From Chrysomallon squamiferum (lineage: Eukaryota; Animalia; Mollusca): a DNA stretch of 64,000 nucleotides. Below are positions 1 to 37,117 of this stretch, one piece after another. Position 1 is the first letter of the stretch; every line of letters begins with the position of its first letter. The notes below the pieces were generated by a model that saw nothing but the letters and a program-made list of their open reading frames with translations, was not told the origin of the DNA and ran no database searches. The DNA is taken from positions 4,526,001 through 4,590,000 of the forward strand of contig CM022672.1 of assembly GCA_012295275.1 (NCBI GenBank). The letters are read 5' to 3'. A program made the position numbers and the translations under genes.

Positions 1-30
1 CATGCATGCAGAAAGGTGGCAGTTAGGTGG

Positions 31-402
<372 letters not shown>

Positions 403-490
403 CAACATAATACAACATATTATGCTTTGAGATTTCGATAATGTTCATTTATTTTAGAAATACAGATATATTTTTAATTTTTATTCTAAG

Positions 491-3847
<3,357 letters not shown>

Positions 3848-4125
3848 ACACATCCCAGGCGGACAGACGAACTACGGACACTGGACACAGGTCAGCGAAC
3901 GAACACACGACGAAGACGTTCAGACGTAACGACGCCAGAGTTGTAGTTTTTATGTACGTGGTTACTGTGTAGAGTTTACAGTTGTGTGGATAACTGCAGA
4001 TTGAACAAAATCAAATTGGGACAAAGAGATCAAAGTAAAGTTGATTCCTTTCGAAGTCAAAGTTCCAAGTTCAAAGTTTTGAAACAATAATTTTTCTGAG
4101 TTCTCGTGGAAACGGATGTAGATGA

Positions 4126-4156
4126 AATAAAAACTCCATTTAGGTTTAGAAATAAA
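4126..4156 (+). other. Candidate polyadenylation signals of the SLC18 gene
   Basis: AATAAA at 4126-4131 and 4151-4156, about 280-300 nt after the stop codon and followed by a GT/T-rich tract (ttcttgtgttttg). Confidence 0.45.
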
Positions 4157-5259
4157 GAGTCTGAATTATGCCTATTTCTTGTGTTTTGAGCAAGCTGTAT
4201 TTTAAAGGTAAAAACATTTTCATACTTCATACATTACTTACAAACAGACAGACTTACATACCTACATACACACATACATACCTATATAAATAAATACATA
4301 TTAGATACACAGATACATAGATTCATACATACATACACACAGAGAAACACACATACATACATATATACATAGATATATATATATATATACACATACATTC
4401 ATACATATGTACATAACTATAAAAAAGAGGATTATTTGTATTATTTTTGTTGTTGTTGTTGTTATTAATATCACTGAATACTAATAGTATTAACAGTAGT
4501 AGTAGCAGTAGATATAGTACTAGTATAAATATCATTCTGCCTTAGTCATTACTGGATATAATTATAGCAGTATTAGCATCAGCATCAGCAATGCCAGTTC
4601 TAGAAGTAGTAGTAGCAGCGGCTGTACTATAAGAGCAGCTGCAATAATAATAGTTGTAGCAGCAGCTGCAGTAAAAGCAATAGTAGCAGTTGTTGTAGCA
4701 GTAGTAGTAGCAGTTGTTGTAGCAGTAGTTGTGGCAGTAGTTGCAGCAGCGCACTGTGTTTGCGTATTTTCCTGAGGGGGTGTCGATATGGGAAAGAGCA
4801 CGAGTGCTGAAACAAACGTGGGAGTAAAAGTTCATTCTTCCACAGGTATCACTAATGTATTCAGTTTATCACGTAAAGTTAACAAACACGACAAACCTGC
4901 TATTGTGAAGTGTTAGTGTTCAACCTCTGCGCCGTTATCAGGTTCTCGATATTTCAATACGTGGGCGCGACATTTTGTTCTCCAGTGTGTTGTGTCGTAA
5001 TATATTCATTTATTCACTAGATAAAAGATAATTTATGTTTTATAACGGAAAACAGAGCCATCCTTAGGATGTCATGAAACAGCAGTTTAATTAAAATACG
5101 TCTTTCATTGTGACGTCGTAATTAATAGCTATAGAGATATAGGTGTGATGTCAGATGACCTTAAATACATTTAAAAAGACCTACATAAGGTTATTCCAAC
5201 AACAACAAAAACAAACCAGTATATAGGTACATCGGTAAAAAAAAAAAAAAAAAAAAAAA

Positions 5260-5330
5260 ATGGATCCTCCGAGAAGGACTGATCCTATAGCTGACTTGTC
5301 CTCAAGCATAACCTCTCCCGACTAGCTACA
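5260..5330 (-). mobile_element. Degenerate tRNA-derived SINE head (relic)
   Basis: The minus strand reads tagctagtcgggagag...ggatcagtccttctcggaggatcca, with A-box-like TAGCT.AGT.GG and a degenerate B-box. Similar relics may lie at about 3425-3500, 9968-10004 and 57045-57105. Family assignment is from pattern memory only. Confidence 0.3.
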
Positions 5331-5494
5331 TTATTTTCGAGAGGCCTAAATGATAACGTAAACTATTTCAAGCGTTTTTCCTCTAAACAGCCACTATCAG
5401 ATTTAATAAGTCAAGACCACAAATTTAGGAATGAAATATTTACTATCATCGAGTCTGTTTAATGTGTATACATAATGAAATATTTATTTACTTT

Positions 5495-5680
5495 AACTCA
5501 GTTTGATGTGACAGATATATCTGCGTTATTACATGGTGGGCTGTTATCGTAACTCTAGTCTGATGACGTCACAACCAACCACACTCGAGCATTGTCATGT
5601 AAAGCACATAGTTAAGTTTGATTGTCATTAATGATGATCCCTGATGAAAAATAATTTTGTTAAAGATAATGAAATGTAGT
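5495..5680 (+). repeat. Dispersed repeat of about 185 bp, copy 1 (inverted copy at 13067-13255)
   Basis: tagtctgatgacgtcacaaccaaccacactcgagcattgtcatgtaaagcacatagttaagtttgat... is the near-exact reverse complement of 13067-13255. Confidence 0.85.
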
Positions 5681-6356
5681 GTACGTTGATAAATAAACAA
5701 TGATACTTTGAGGATTTAGGGTCGAATCTAGTATTGTGAGAAGGGTTTTATTATTATTATTATTATTATTATTACAACAACTACTACAACTACAACTACA
5801 GCTATTACCACCGCCACCACCACCACTACAACTACAACAACTACTACTACTACAACTACTACTACTACAACTACAACTACAACTACAACTACTACTACAA
5901 CTACTACTAATACCACTACTAATAATCAGGCAGAAAAAGAGGACGAATCGGAAGAAAGAAAAAAAAATAAAAAAAAAAAAAAATAAATAATGTATAACAG
6001 CAACAAAAACCCAAAACCCAATCCTCAGCAATGATTATAGTGATAACAATAACAACAACATCAATATTAACAACAACAATACTCGTATCAATAATGACAA
6101 AGATAAACAAGGATAAAATTAAACTGCCCACTGCACTAAATAACATTAAAAAAATATATATATAAAAAAAAAAAAAAAAAAAAATAATGCCAACCACTCC
6201 TATCCTACAGGTAGAACTGTAGATTAGCGCAACAGAGGACACACCCATTATCATCAAAGTAATTCAGCTATGTGGTCGTTGAAGGAAAATATATCTAAAA
6301 AAAATCGACTCTGATTTTGTCACGGGTTTAATAAGACTGATACTGAACAGTCGCTC

Positions 6357-6372
6357 GGGGTATATAAAAGCG
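6357..6372 (+). promoter_or_regulatory. TATA box of the VWDE-like gene
   Basis: GGGG-TATATAAAAG-CG in a CpG-rich patch, about 100 nt upstream of a perfect AAG|GTAAGA donor at 6465/6466. Confidence 0.65.
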
Positions 6373-6389
6373 AAGTCGGGTACGAAGGC

Positions 6390-6465
6390 GGAGACGGGTG
6401 CAAGACAGGACGAGAGAAGATCTTTTTTTTTTTTACGGGTGTCCAGACTTTTGGTGAAAACAAAG
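6390..6465 (+). other. Non-coding first exon (5' UTR) of the VWDE-like gene; start approximate
   Basis: Starts about 30 nt after the TATA box, contains no ATG and ends at CAAAG|gtaaga. The next acceptor, ttttcag|, at 7433/7434 opens the ATG-containing exon. Confidence 0.6.
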
Positions 6466-7468
6466 GTAAGATGTTTTAATTGTTAACATGATTAATGAGT
6501 GTTATATATGTAAAGCGAAATAAAAAGATATCCAGTATAAAGAAATGAAATATTAAATAAATAAATAAATAAAAATAATAATAAAAAATAAAACAAATAA
6601 AATAAAATAAATTAAAATAAAATAATTATATAGAATTATTATGTCGAATGAAAGAAAAAACGACGATGATGATAATAAAATAATTAAAGAAAAAAAAATG
6701 AAGTTATGAAATATAACAATGAACAAATAAATTAATTAATGAGTGAATAAAGAAGGGGAAAATCTAGAAATGTTTTTCATTGTTTTTTGTCTTGTTTGTA
6801 GAAATAATGAAATCGATATCGTAAAAAGAACCAACTGACTAACAAACTAAATAAATGTTAACAATAGCAATTACAAAATTTACCTCTTTTTTATTCTTCT
6901 CTTTATTGAAGTATAATAAAGCGTCTGACTGTTCAGTGACATATTTTTTTCTGTATTTTCGTTTCGTTTATTAATACAGCAATGTTTAACAGAAGCTGTA
7001 ATATTAATTCAATTACACTTTTCAAATATTATTTCATGGCACATTTATTACAATGATATGTTGTTTTTTTTTGTTTTTTTCAACTCTTTTTTTTAATCAT
7101 CAAAATTGAAGTTCGGTTGTTACATGTTCTTCCAAACTCGCAGAAAGCAGTAAGAAATAAAAATAATAAATAAAACAACTTAAACTGTAAAAATAGCTGC
7201 ATGTTTTCCACAACAGAGTTGTGTATCCTAACCAATATAATTTCTTTTAATGTTTTATTAAAGTGAAAAAAAAAAAAAAATACAAAAAAAGGAAAAGAAA
7301 CAAAAAAGGAACAAAAACAAAACAGACAGCAGCAGCAACAATAACAACAATAAAACAAGAAAAACAAATAAAACTTAAACTAAGTACAACAAAAATTTAG
7401 TTTCTAAAATGTAACTATTTTACATATTTTCAGAAAAGTACGTTGAGGGACAGTTCAGTATCACAAAC

Positions 7469-26393
<18,925 letters not shown>

Positions 26394-27932
26394 AGAAATG
26401 ACTGCACCATTAACAGTATCTTAACAGACCATAGTACCATGTATCTGTATCTGTATATCATGCCATGGTACTATTCTGTATCGTATCTATAAAAAAAATT
26501 AGCAAGACATTGTATCATTCTGTATCTTCAGAAGTTTAACCAGTGAAAATACCAGTCAGTATTAAATCTAAAAATCATAACAAATGAAAATACCATACTT
26601 TATGGTACCTAGAAAAGCCACAGTGACATTTTGTATTGTACCTGCATAATCTTAATATGCCTCAGTAGTTTTATCTGTAAGGATGATATGATTTCAGGAA
26701 TAAAAGGCACACAGTTCTAGTGGAAGAAACTTTCAGAGTAAAATGAGTTTAAATATGTATTTAAAAACTGGTTAAAAGAAAATGGGTCAGAGTAACTGTA
26801 TCATTGCTGGAAAACCTCTTTCCTCAAAGTCTGAATATATTTCATAAACATTACGTAGAAAAATATCGTATTTTTATTTATATGCACAAGTCTGGCTATT
26901 ATCTTGATATTAAAAACAAATAATTGTTGTTGTACGCCAATTTATAATTATAAAAAAAACATCACAGTGAGAAAAAAAGAAAGAAAAAAGAAGTTATTAT
27001 CAGTACATAGGTAGAGTTACGACCTGAAAATCAATTGTTTATTTTGGACATATCTGTACATATATACAATAGGCACCAAACTGAAATGTTTGAATCTGTT
27101 ACAGATACAAACCACAATAAATCATTAACAAAAGAGCATTTGGTCACAACAACAATAACATATAAAGGATATATTAGATAATGTTTTAATGATAGTACAA
27201 AGTTTAATACCAGTTATTGCATGCAGTAGACAAAGTGTTCTGTAGCTTGTTTTACCAAAAAAAGCTTTATTATGATTTGCTTAGCTTATTTTAAATTAAA
27301 ATATACAACCTGAGTTTTTGACTTAGTAATATACATTTCATGAAGATATTTGCTAAATATTGTACATATTATAATTTTATTATTTTTTTTAAAGGTTTTT
27401 TAATGATTGTACAAAAATACAAATTAAATAATAATAATAATAATAAAAATATTAATGAAATGCTGTTAATTTCTGTTGTTTGATTTATCTGTCTTAAAAT
27501 ATTTATAAAACTAAGTAAAAAATTATAACTTTTAAAATGGTTATAGACGAAATTAAAAACACAGGGTAAAAACAACAACAACAACAACAAAACCAACAAA
27601 AGACATTTATGCTTATATACGTTTGAATTTTAAATATTACATTTTGTAAATCTTGTGTGTTTATAGAGCAACATAAAGCTCTTTCGTATATGAATGATTT
27701 AAATGGGTTCTCTAATGGATTAAACTTACTTGAACGACGTAGTCTTGATTCAAGGGAACTCATTTCAGACATTATTTTGTAAGACTTAATTTTAGAGTTA
27801 TTTCCCCTGCTGAACATCTATGATGAGCCCTTTTCGCATGAACGAATTTCGGGTAAAAATTCAGAACAAAAGAAAGGTAATAATGAACCTGGATTTCTTT
27901 TAACACAGTCTGGTCTTTTTTAAAATATAGAA

Positions 27933-27988
<56 letters not shown>

Positions 27989-28147
27989 TAAAAAGATATA
28001 ATAAAATAAAATAAAAGATAAAAAATAATACATTTATCTTTCTGTTAAAGTTAAAAATATATTTTGTTTATAATAGATCGATAGATAACAACAACAACAA
28101 CAATAATAAATGTCTATAGTAACAATAAAAGGAGATGAAGAAAAAAC

Positions 28148-28193
<46 letters not shown>

Positions 28194-28562
28194 AATAATT
28201 ATTTAAAATGTTACATTTGGATTTTGTGTTTATTATTTATTTCATTTTATTATTATTATTTTTTTTTTTTTTCAAGCACTATTCGTTCACTTACAACTTT
28301 AACATACCATATACAACTATCTGTTCAGTAGCTATTTCAGACTATAACAATACTATATTCAACTGCGAGAAAATACTAGATTTGCATTTGAATAGGAAAT
28401 GTTACATGTATTTTGTTAAAAACAATTTTTCCTAGAGAACTGTACTTAATAGTGACTATTTGTTATTATTAATTTCAAAAATAATACATAAAACACGTGT
28501 CTCTCTGAACATGAATTTATTATACGGTATCTAATACATTATCGCTAATTAAACCACCACAC

Positions 28563-28630
<68 letters not shown>

Positions 28631-29199
28631 ATATACATAAGCCAGTAACTTAGTTATTATAGTGTGTGTGTATGTGTGTGTGTGTGTGTGTGTGCGCGTG
28701 CGTGCGCAATTACAGAAAGAAAACAATTATATGGTGATGTAATATTATAAAATTCGGAAGGGAATGAGAGCAGAAAAACAACGAATAAAACTGGAAAACT
28801 GATTCATATCAATTGATCCTACACTTTCCCCGATATACATACATTAATTTCTACACGTGTTAACCTTTTGTAATTATTTGTCAACTTTATTATAAAAAGT
28901 GATTTTGAATTCCTAAGAAACCTATTAATGAAAAAAAAAAAAAAAAAAAAATAGCTCAGAACTGAGACTTTGCCTTGCAAGAATTTATCTTTTTATTTTT
29001 TTAATTTTTTTTTTTTTACAAACAATAACAAGGACAAGGTTTACATGTCAACAATATGTACTAAGACAATAACGTATCATGATCAGTAACCCCAAAATAT
29101 TTGTTGTTGTGGTAACATAATTAAGTTAACAAGCAAAAGAAATAACAGTTATATTAAACTGCTTAGCATTAAGTTTTTTTTTTGAAATATCCCGAAGAA

Positions 29200-29876
29200 A
29201 GTCTAGTATCTACCCTCCATATTTCAGAAAGCGGAACAGGCGCCACGTGTCAAATGTTGTAACAGTCAAAAAGTAACAAGCGTCTCTAAGATAAGAATCA
29301 AAACAATCTCTTATAAGACTAATATAAAAGCTTATGCGATTAATGAGGAGAAACCCCGCCGCTTAACCCACCCACAAATCATGTTCGTCAATAGCTTTGT
29401 AAGACGATTTTTTATTGGTCGGGTAAACACGAACAATGCCGAATTGAAATAAGTGACTGAACGAAGTTTCGCGAGCCCTATGAATATCCCGAAGTCAATC
29501 GCTAGCAACTTTATGTGATCGTTTTAACAATAGCGGCCATTTTTTTTTTTTACTTCTTCTTTTTATGGTTTGTCGTTTTGGAGAGGATAATAATTTTAAC
29601 TCATTACGAAGATTGGGATCTGCAAAGCTTGAACAGGTGAAAGTGTCATCGAATATGGGACGTCTGATTGTCGTCAGCGGGTTGGGTGGTGTCGAGACTT
29701 TTCGCTTGTCACGTGTGCAACTCTAATCCGGGTAGTCATCCCGGACCGCGGCAGATTGGCAGCTGGGACGTCCGATCTTGAAATCCTGATCGAATCGTAC
29801 AGCAGCGCGTCATAAAACATTACTGACTGTTAGTGCGAAAATTTACTTTTAAATGTAATAAATTTGTTTAGGTAAG
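29200..29876 (+). promoter_or_regulatory. CpG-rich island, possible promoter plus non-coding first exon, or an enhancer
   Basis: CpG-rich, reverse CCAAT (attgg at about 29414), YY1-type GCGGCCATTTT at about 29533, and an abrupt end at a perfect AG|GTAAGT (29870/29871) followed by low-complexity sequence. Confidence 0.35.
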
Positions 29877-29895
29877 TTAATAAAAATAAAAATAA

Positions 29896-29929
<34 letters not shown>

Positions 29930-30749
29930 GAAGAAAAAGAGATTAAAACCAAAGAAAAATGATAGAAATATTTTACTTATTTTCCATAACAGTTCATACA
30001 TAATTATTATATACCTTCACACATACATAATTATTATGTACATTCATATATACATACACTTATACACATAAACACATACACAGATGTCCTATAATTAATT
30101 TGATAAAGAGATTTGAAATAAAATTATTAAGTGTAAATATTATAGTTATACTTGATATTTATGTTTTTATATCTGTCTATCTATCTGTAATGTTATTGTT
30201 ATATATTTTTTTTAATACAATTATTTCCCTTTTCATTACTGGAAATACATGAAGATGATGATAAAGAAGAAAAAACAAAAAACAAAAAACAAAAACAGCA
30301 ATGATAATAATGATAATAACAGTCAGGCCAGTTACTTTGCTAGTTGTTAAGTATTTTGCTAACATATTTTTCTGTGTTTGTATGTATTCGTACGTATATA
30401 TGCTTATTTATTTATTAATTTATATATATATATATATGTATATTTTTATATTAAACCTCTAATGAAACCGTTAATATATTTTAAATATAATTTTGTACAC
30501 GTATAAAAGCTTCTTTTTTTTTGTATCAAAATGTGTCTACATTATCGTGTGTGTATCATTTCGCGCCTATTTATTTTGTTTACATGTTTAGCGATGATAC
30601 GTCGCTAAAAGTAAGTGCCCATCCTTACGACACGGAGCGAGTACTTTTATGACAATCCAATTACTCGTTTTGAAAATAACCTCTTACAGCAAGCGTCGCT
30701 TTCACTTAATCTTCACCGAATAAAGAAGAACATCTTTAAATGTCAGTAT

Positions 30750-31192
30750 ATTGTCTCCGACAGCGTCGTGATGAAAAGGAAGGAGTTCTGAGCTCGAATA
30801 ACATCATTTAGTTCACTTTAATGGATTTACCGCCTCGAGCGAGAAACACGCCAACTGAAAAATCACTCTGTGTATCGCCAAACATAACTTGAAAACTAAG
30901 TTACGTTCGGCAAAGCGTCATTAAATCATAATCTAATCCATCTCGTATCCCCCGATATCGAGATTCCCGCCCAAAGACTCGGAATTTCGCGGCATCTTCG
31001 TCGTTAAGTAACTCGGCAGTCTGCTCCGGCCCACCAGACGACATTCATGACAAGATCTAATTGAACGCTGATAGCCGATACGAACAAACCATTTATTTTC
31101 CATTTATGGCTTTTACTTGCATTGGCGAAAATGCGCGCTCCCTCGAGGATGTAATTCTTCGCTTTATTGATGGTTGTGTATTGGTCTCATTT
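30750..31192. promoter_or_regulatory. Putative conserved non-coding element, copy A of an inverted paralogous pair
   Basis: Its reverse complement aligns blockwise to 63196-63654, including 36 identical nt (31087-31122 vs 63265-63300). Contains homeodomain-type motifs (TTTATGG, TTTATTG, TCATTAAATCA). The regulatory role is inferred. Confidence 0.6.
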
Positions 31193-31862
31193 AGAAAGGA
31201 AAACGACCACTGAACGGGGGAAATATTTCGGAAAACCGTACATTACCACATAATACAGACTTCTCCATTTTAGCAAAAAGAAGCTGTCGTCTGGTTGTCA
31301 AAAATGAAAACAAGCCTCGCTTTCGGATGAAGGTTTTGAAAAACCACGAACAACTCTGTCTAATTAAAGGCGGTAAATGAAGAACAAAATTTTCTCTCTT
31401 TCTTTTCCTTTTTTTCTTCTTCTTTTTTTTTCTTTTTTTTTAATTTTTTTTTTTTTTCTTTCTTTCTTTTTTTTTTTTTTTTTTTATAACCCCTTTCTTC
31501 CTTACAATATTTAAAAAAGCACAATTCTAAAAATATCTTGTTTTCGTCAGACTTTATATTATATATTTTAGGATTTAGGCAAATAACTTCTAGACCCGCT
31601 AATAAGAAAAATCGTTTTTGCCGATGTTTACAAATTAAAGAATTTTAAACTGCTCATTCGTCATTATATTTACTCCCGCACCATGAAATAAATGACAACA
31701 GTAGCATCAGCAGCAACAACAACAATAATAGTTTATATTATAAAATAAAAATTAATAAAAAATAAGAAAATTATTTTTGCCATAATATTGTTCACAGTCA
31801 TAATCTCGACTTTGTAATAGTGTTTAAAAGGTCATTACTATTGATTTAAAGATGTAATAGAA

Positions 31863-31908
<46 letters not shown>

Positions 31909-32260
31909 ATTATTATTATTGTTGTTGTTGTTGTTGTTATTATTATTAAACAACAAGAAATAACATATTTTGGATTATAGTTTCTTCGGACACCTTTTAG
32001 AGATTTAAGCATATGCAGGTAGATTTGTAGATAGGTAGGTTGATGAACGAACGTATATAGTCAGATATGCAGAGAAACAACCAGGGAAATATGCGTGACC
32101 GAAATGTTCAATATATTTCTTGGATTATTAATTTAGAAGAACTGATACTGAATATTTTCCTTTTTCGAATTTTTATTTTATATATATATATATATATCTT
32201 TTTTTATTAAAAAAAAAGAAGGCTGCTTTTGCTAAATCAATCAAATAAAGCTGATATTAC

Positions 32261-32292
<32 letters not shown>

Positions 32293-33214
32293 TTATTATC
32301 ATTATTATTATTATTATTATTATTAATTAATTAATTAATTAATTTATTTATTTATTTATTTATTTATTTATGTTCTTATTTTTTTCCGCTATTTTGCATA
32401 AAAATTTAAACGACAAGGGACATCACTCTGTTTTGTTACGGTTATCATCTGCGTTGGTGCCAGTTAGTTTCAGTTATTATTAATGTACACAGCCAAGCAT
32501 GATATATTGGTAAAACAGATATTTTATTTCTTTTTTCTTCTGCTTAAATTTAAAAAAAGAAAGAAAAAGTTTTAATTGTTTCTTTCTTTTAAATTTATTT
32601 AAAAAATTATTTAATTTTTTTATTCACAAATTAACAAAGATCTAACGTGAGATAAACTGATGAAATTCATCACGCGTTTTGATTTAAAGGTTGTATTTCA
32701 ACAGACGTCAAAGTTGGATTCACTCTTCCTCAGTGCTCTTATTCGTCTGTTCACATTCTAGCCAGTGCTCAGTGGCTTGATTATCAAATCCCTAAATACA
32801 TAGAACCTCATCTCTGTGTATATATGTATGTATATATATATATATATGTAGGTATGTATATATATGTGTGTTTGTGTATATAAGCCTAGTTACATCTAGT
32901 ATTAATGATGTATTAAATTTGTATAATAGTAGTGATAGTAGTAGTAGTAGTACGAGTAATAATGATACTAACAGAAATGCGTTCATATATACACGAAAAC
33001 ACATATGATGCAGAACTATTATTACTGTTTTATTACTGTAATTTTCGTAATTATTTATAACTCTTGTACAAATATTTGTTTGTTACATATTTCTAATTTT
33101 GATTTATTCGAAGATATTTTATTTTTTCAATATAAACATTTGTGTAATTATAATAAAATTAACCTCTGTCATGGTAAACGTTGTTCTTAAGAATTGTACA
33201 ACATCTGTTTCGTC

Positions 33215-33395
33215 CTAATAATACGGGAAACGGAAATCAATCGCGTCACGCGCAACACGCACGCGACTTTTTAACAGGGCGGATACTTTCCGCTTCGTGC
33301 GCGTGATACAGGCGCATTAACCTCCATCATCAGCCAATCAAGACGCCCGAGGGCGTGTTTAACAATTTAAAGCCAAAACGAGGTAGGCGGATTTA
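33215..33395. promoter_or_regulatory. CpG-dense promoter/enhancer-like island
   Basis: High local CpG density, NF-Y-type AGCCAATCA at about 33331-33339 and GC-box-like GGGCGG. No associated coding exon was found. Confidence 0.4.
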
Positions 33396-33419
33396 TTATT
33401 ATTTTAAATTTTAAAAATA

Positions 33420-33431
33420 AATATAAAAAAA

Positions 33432-33462
<31 letters not shown>

Positions 33463-33559
33463 AATAAAAATAAATCAATTACTTAAGAAATAATAATAAT
33501 AATAATAGTAATAGTAATAAAAATAATAATAAAAATAATAAAAATAATAATAATAATAA

Positions 33560-33610
<51 letters not shown>

Positions 33611-33692
33611 TAAATCAATTACTTAAGAAATAATAATAATAATAATAATAATAGTAATAAAAATAATAATAAAAATAAATCAATTACTTAAG
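33420..33692. repeat. (AAT)n-rich tract with a thrice-repeated aaataaatcaattacttaag unit
   Basis: Unit seen at about 33468, 33608 and 33673. Confidence 0.75.
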
Positions 33693-33696
33693 TAAA

Positions 33697-33727
<31 letters not shown>

Positions 33728-34182
33728 TTGTAATAAAAGGTTTTATGTTACAGAGTAAATAACAATATGGCGGCCGCGGAGATAATAAATACATTTTATT
33801 CTTCTGTCTTAACTAAACCAATAAATTACAAATTAATGGCATTTCGGTTTTTAGATCTTTTCTTTTTGTTTTCTTTTGTTTGGGTATTTTTTTTTTCTTT
33901 TTAAATAAAACGTAGAAAGAAAAAAGAAATATATATATATGTACGGAAGAAAGCATTTTAAATTAATATCAGCATCATAAAAAAACGTTCATTATTCAAC
34001 TTAGTGTAGATGTTGCGTGTCTGTTTCTTTTTTTAATTCTTAGTTAATGTGAATTAATATGTAAATGCAGTCTAAAGCATATCTATACTAATGAATATAT
34101 TTTACAGAAATAAAGCAAAAAGATAAATATTAATGAAAATAAATGAAGAACCAATACATGACTATTAAAATATAGATATGAA

Positions 34183-34267
<85 letters not shown>

Positions 34268-34767
34268 TGTGTGTATGTGTGTAAAAGTGGTAAAAAATAA
34301 AAACTTAAGTTGATTTTCAAAAACTCAATTTACATTAATTTACCTACATTTTACAAAGCCGCGACCTAAAAAAAAAATTCCTAAAACGATTCGTTACGCA
34401 GCGTTTAAAAAAGAAGAAGACGCGAAAAAAGCGTTCTAAAATTAACTTTCCTGCAATACAAATTAAATGGCAGTTTACGTCTTGCTTTAAATCATATATC
34501 AAAAAAGCAGAGCGCGCCGCGATCCTAGAAACAACCATTAAACAAACGTGCCATTGATTCCAGCATCTTTTCTCGGATCCCATTTCTCGTTTAATGAATG
34601 CAATTATCTAAGAACTCTCTGAATAAGGGTTTCTTTTTTTTTTGTCTCTTCTTCTTCTAATGATGGTGATTAATCGTAGTTTTAATAACGATTTGTTCAG
34701 TCCGCAAACAGTCTGTGCACACGTATCAATCACCACAAGATAAAGATAAAGAAAAAGAAAAAAAAAG

Positions 34768-34803
<36 letters not shown>

Positions 34804-37117
34804 AAGGTTTGTAACATTAGCAAAAACTCAATTAAAACGTTTTCGAGTTTCTAGTAGGTAACATTTTTTTTTTTTTTTTTTTTCATAGGATATCTTGAAA
34901 AGATGGCGGACTTCCGTGTAAAGATAATATACAATTATAATAAAAATATAATTAAAGCTATACTGATATAATTCTTGTAATACATGTACGTGCACATATC
35001 CGTAAACTCATACATTCACATATACTCACACTCACATATTTACACACAAACAAGAACAACTGTTGTGGAAAAAAACAACAAAAAAAAAAAATTCCCCAAA
35101 CAAAACAACAACAACAAAAAAAAAAAAAAAAAAAAAAAACAACAAATAAATAAATAAGAGATGTGAAATATTTATTTGTTATTATTTCTCCGTTTCAAAC
35201 AGTGTTTTATATATACATTGATACACAGGTATATATGTAGCTGTGTGTGTGTGTATGTGTGTGTGTGTGTGTGTTTACTAATATTTTTATGGTTTGTTAG
35301 AAGCTCTACAATCAAACACTATCAAACAGGAGCTGTAGAAAGACTGCAGTATATTTGACATTGTCTTCTACAGCATTATACTCATAAGCTATATTATTAT
35401 TCCAGTCTTGTAAAAACCATGCCGCTTTCTTCAGTTTTCTACTTGTAATATATAATTATTATTCTTGACAGCGTAATACATACCGGTCAGTAATTGGTGT
35501 TATTTATCAGGTGGAAACAGCACGAACATGACATAACCACTCCCCGCAGTTTTTAATGCAATGACAGATTAAAAGATATATACATTTTTTGTTATTTTAT
35601 TAATCTCGAAATAATGAGCAACCTGAAGATTATGAATAAAAGATAAAACTGGTGGCGGGTTGTTAGAAATGGCTGAAAAATAAAAAAGTGGATACAAGTG
35701 GGTAAGGAACAGGTGCTAAATCGGCCACGGTATTTTTAATTCTTGATCTGTGAGGGGGTGAACTAATAGCAGTGTTATCGCATGTCTGACTAATAAATCC
35801 AGATTTTCACCTTTGTGATGAAAACATGATGCCAATCTATTTAATAACCTCAAATTAATCGTGTTCGCTGAATCTATCAAAGGAGAATAAAGTTCCATTG
35901 TTAGAACGATCATATTATAGTTCTCTGCCATTAACTCGCTTTAAAAAAACCATTCGACGTATATACTGCTCTCGGTAGAGATTCAGTGCAACACGGTCTT
36001 TGTCGGTGTTCAGTGGGCCCTGCAAAATGGCGTTTTATCAGCGTTGCGAATCAAATCCCGCGATTGCCTGAAAAGAACCGATACGAACAACCTCGTCATT
36101 AAAAATTCACGAGAATTTCTGTTCTAGCGATCAGAAACTTTTCGGGATCTGTCACTCGAAAGCTTAAAAAGCGACGCTTGCTGCTCCCCAAAGTTTCAGC
36201 TTTTTTGACAGCTGGCGCCAGATATTTTTTCCTTTTTTGTCCACTCTAGAGAATCTTCCGTACAGTTGCCTTTTTCGAAAAACATTAAAAAAAAAAAAAA
36301 AAAAAAAAAAGCGAAACAAATTAATCCGTAATCTAGATAGTTGAAGGCAGGTTTAATTTGCGGACCACCCTAGGGACCTGCGTCTGTTTTTCACGTATTC
36401 GTGTAACATTGTGACAGCAAAGTGTTTTACATGTTGGAATAAACGCGTTTCAAATGCAATACAAATCGATGTAATTAAATCTCAGAAATGTTTGTTGATT
36501 AAATTTATTGATAATTATCTTCAGGTGACTGACTGGGTGATTTCATTTCTCTAAAAAAATAAAAATAAACTGTAAGACAATACGGTCATTCGACAAATAC
36601 CTGAACGGTCGTTCAAGTGCTCGAACAAGAGACGCAGTGTACACAAACATTCAATGCTCTATAAACCAAAAATAAAAGAAGCATTCTGTAACAGATGGAT
36701 TTAGAGAGAAAAACAAATATTTTAGTGTAGCTAAGTCAGACTCACACAGAATGGAAACGGTGTTTGGAGAGGACAACCCGAGGTAGAGAGGAAATTAGGG
36801 AAAACTGAAGAGAAAGATTTAAGCGTTTTTGATAAAAAAAAAAATATATATATATATATATATAATTTATAAATTACATTTAACGGGTATTAGAAAATTA
36901 TTTTCATTGATAGCTAAAAGTATCTGTAAATGTAACATAAAGACAAGCTGTTTACAGGTAACAGAGTAAATTTTAGAAATGGGGTGGTATAATTACATTA
37001 TATTAAAGAACTATAACACGCTCTGAAACTCTGATCACACGTTAGAATTACAATTCTGTTGACTGTTATATTATTAAATACATGTGTCAGCTAACCAGTT
37101 CTGGCGTAATTCCTAAA

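Noticed and set aside
27503-27817. Minus-strand ORF with a GTAAGT donor near 27729 suggesting an antisense gene
   Set aside because: No homology signal and no phase-consistent downstream coding exon was found.
34889-34970. Acceptor followed by ATG GCG GAC TTC CGT as a possible first coding exon
   Set aside because: The ORF stops quickly, the donor is weak and no downstream exons were found. The sequence equally fits a YY1 motif.
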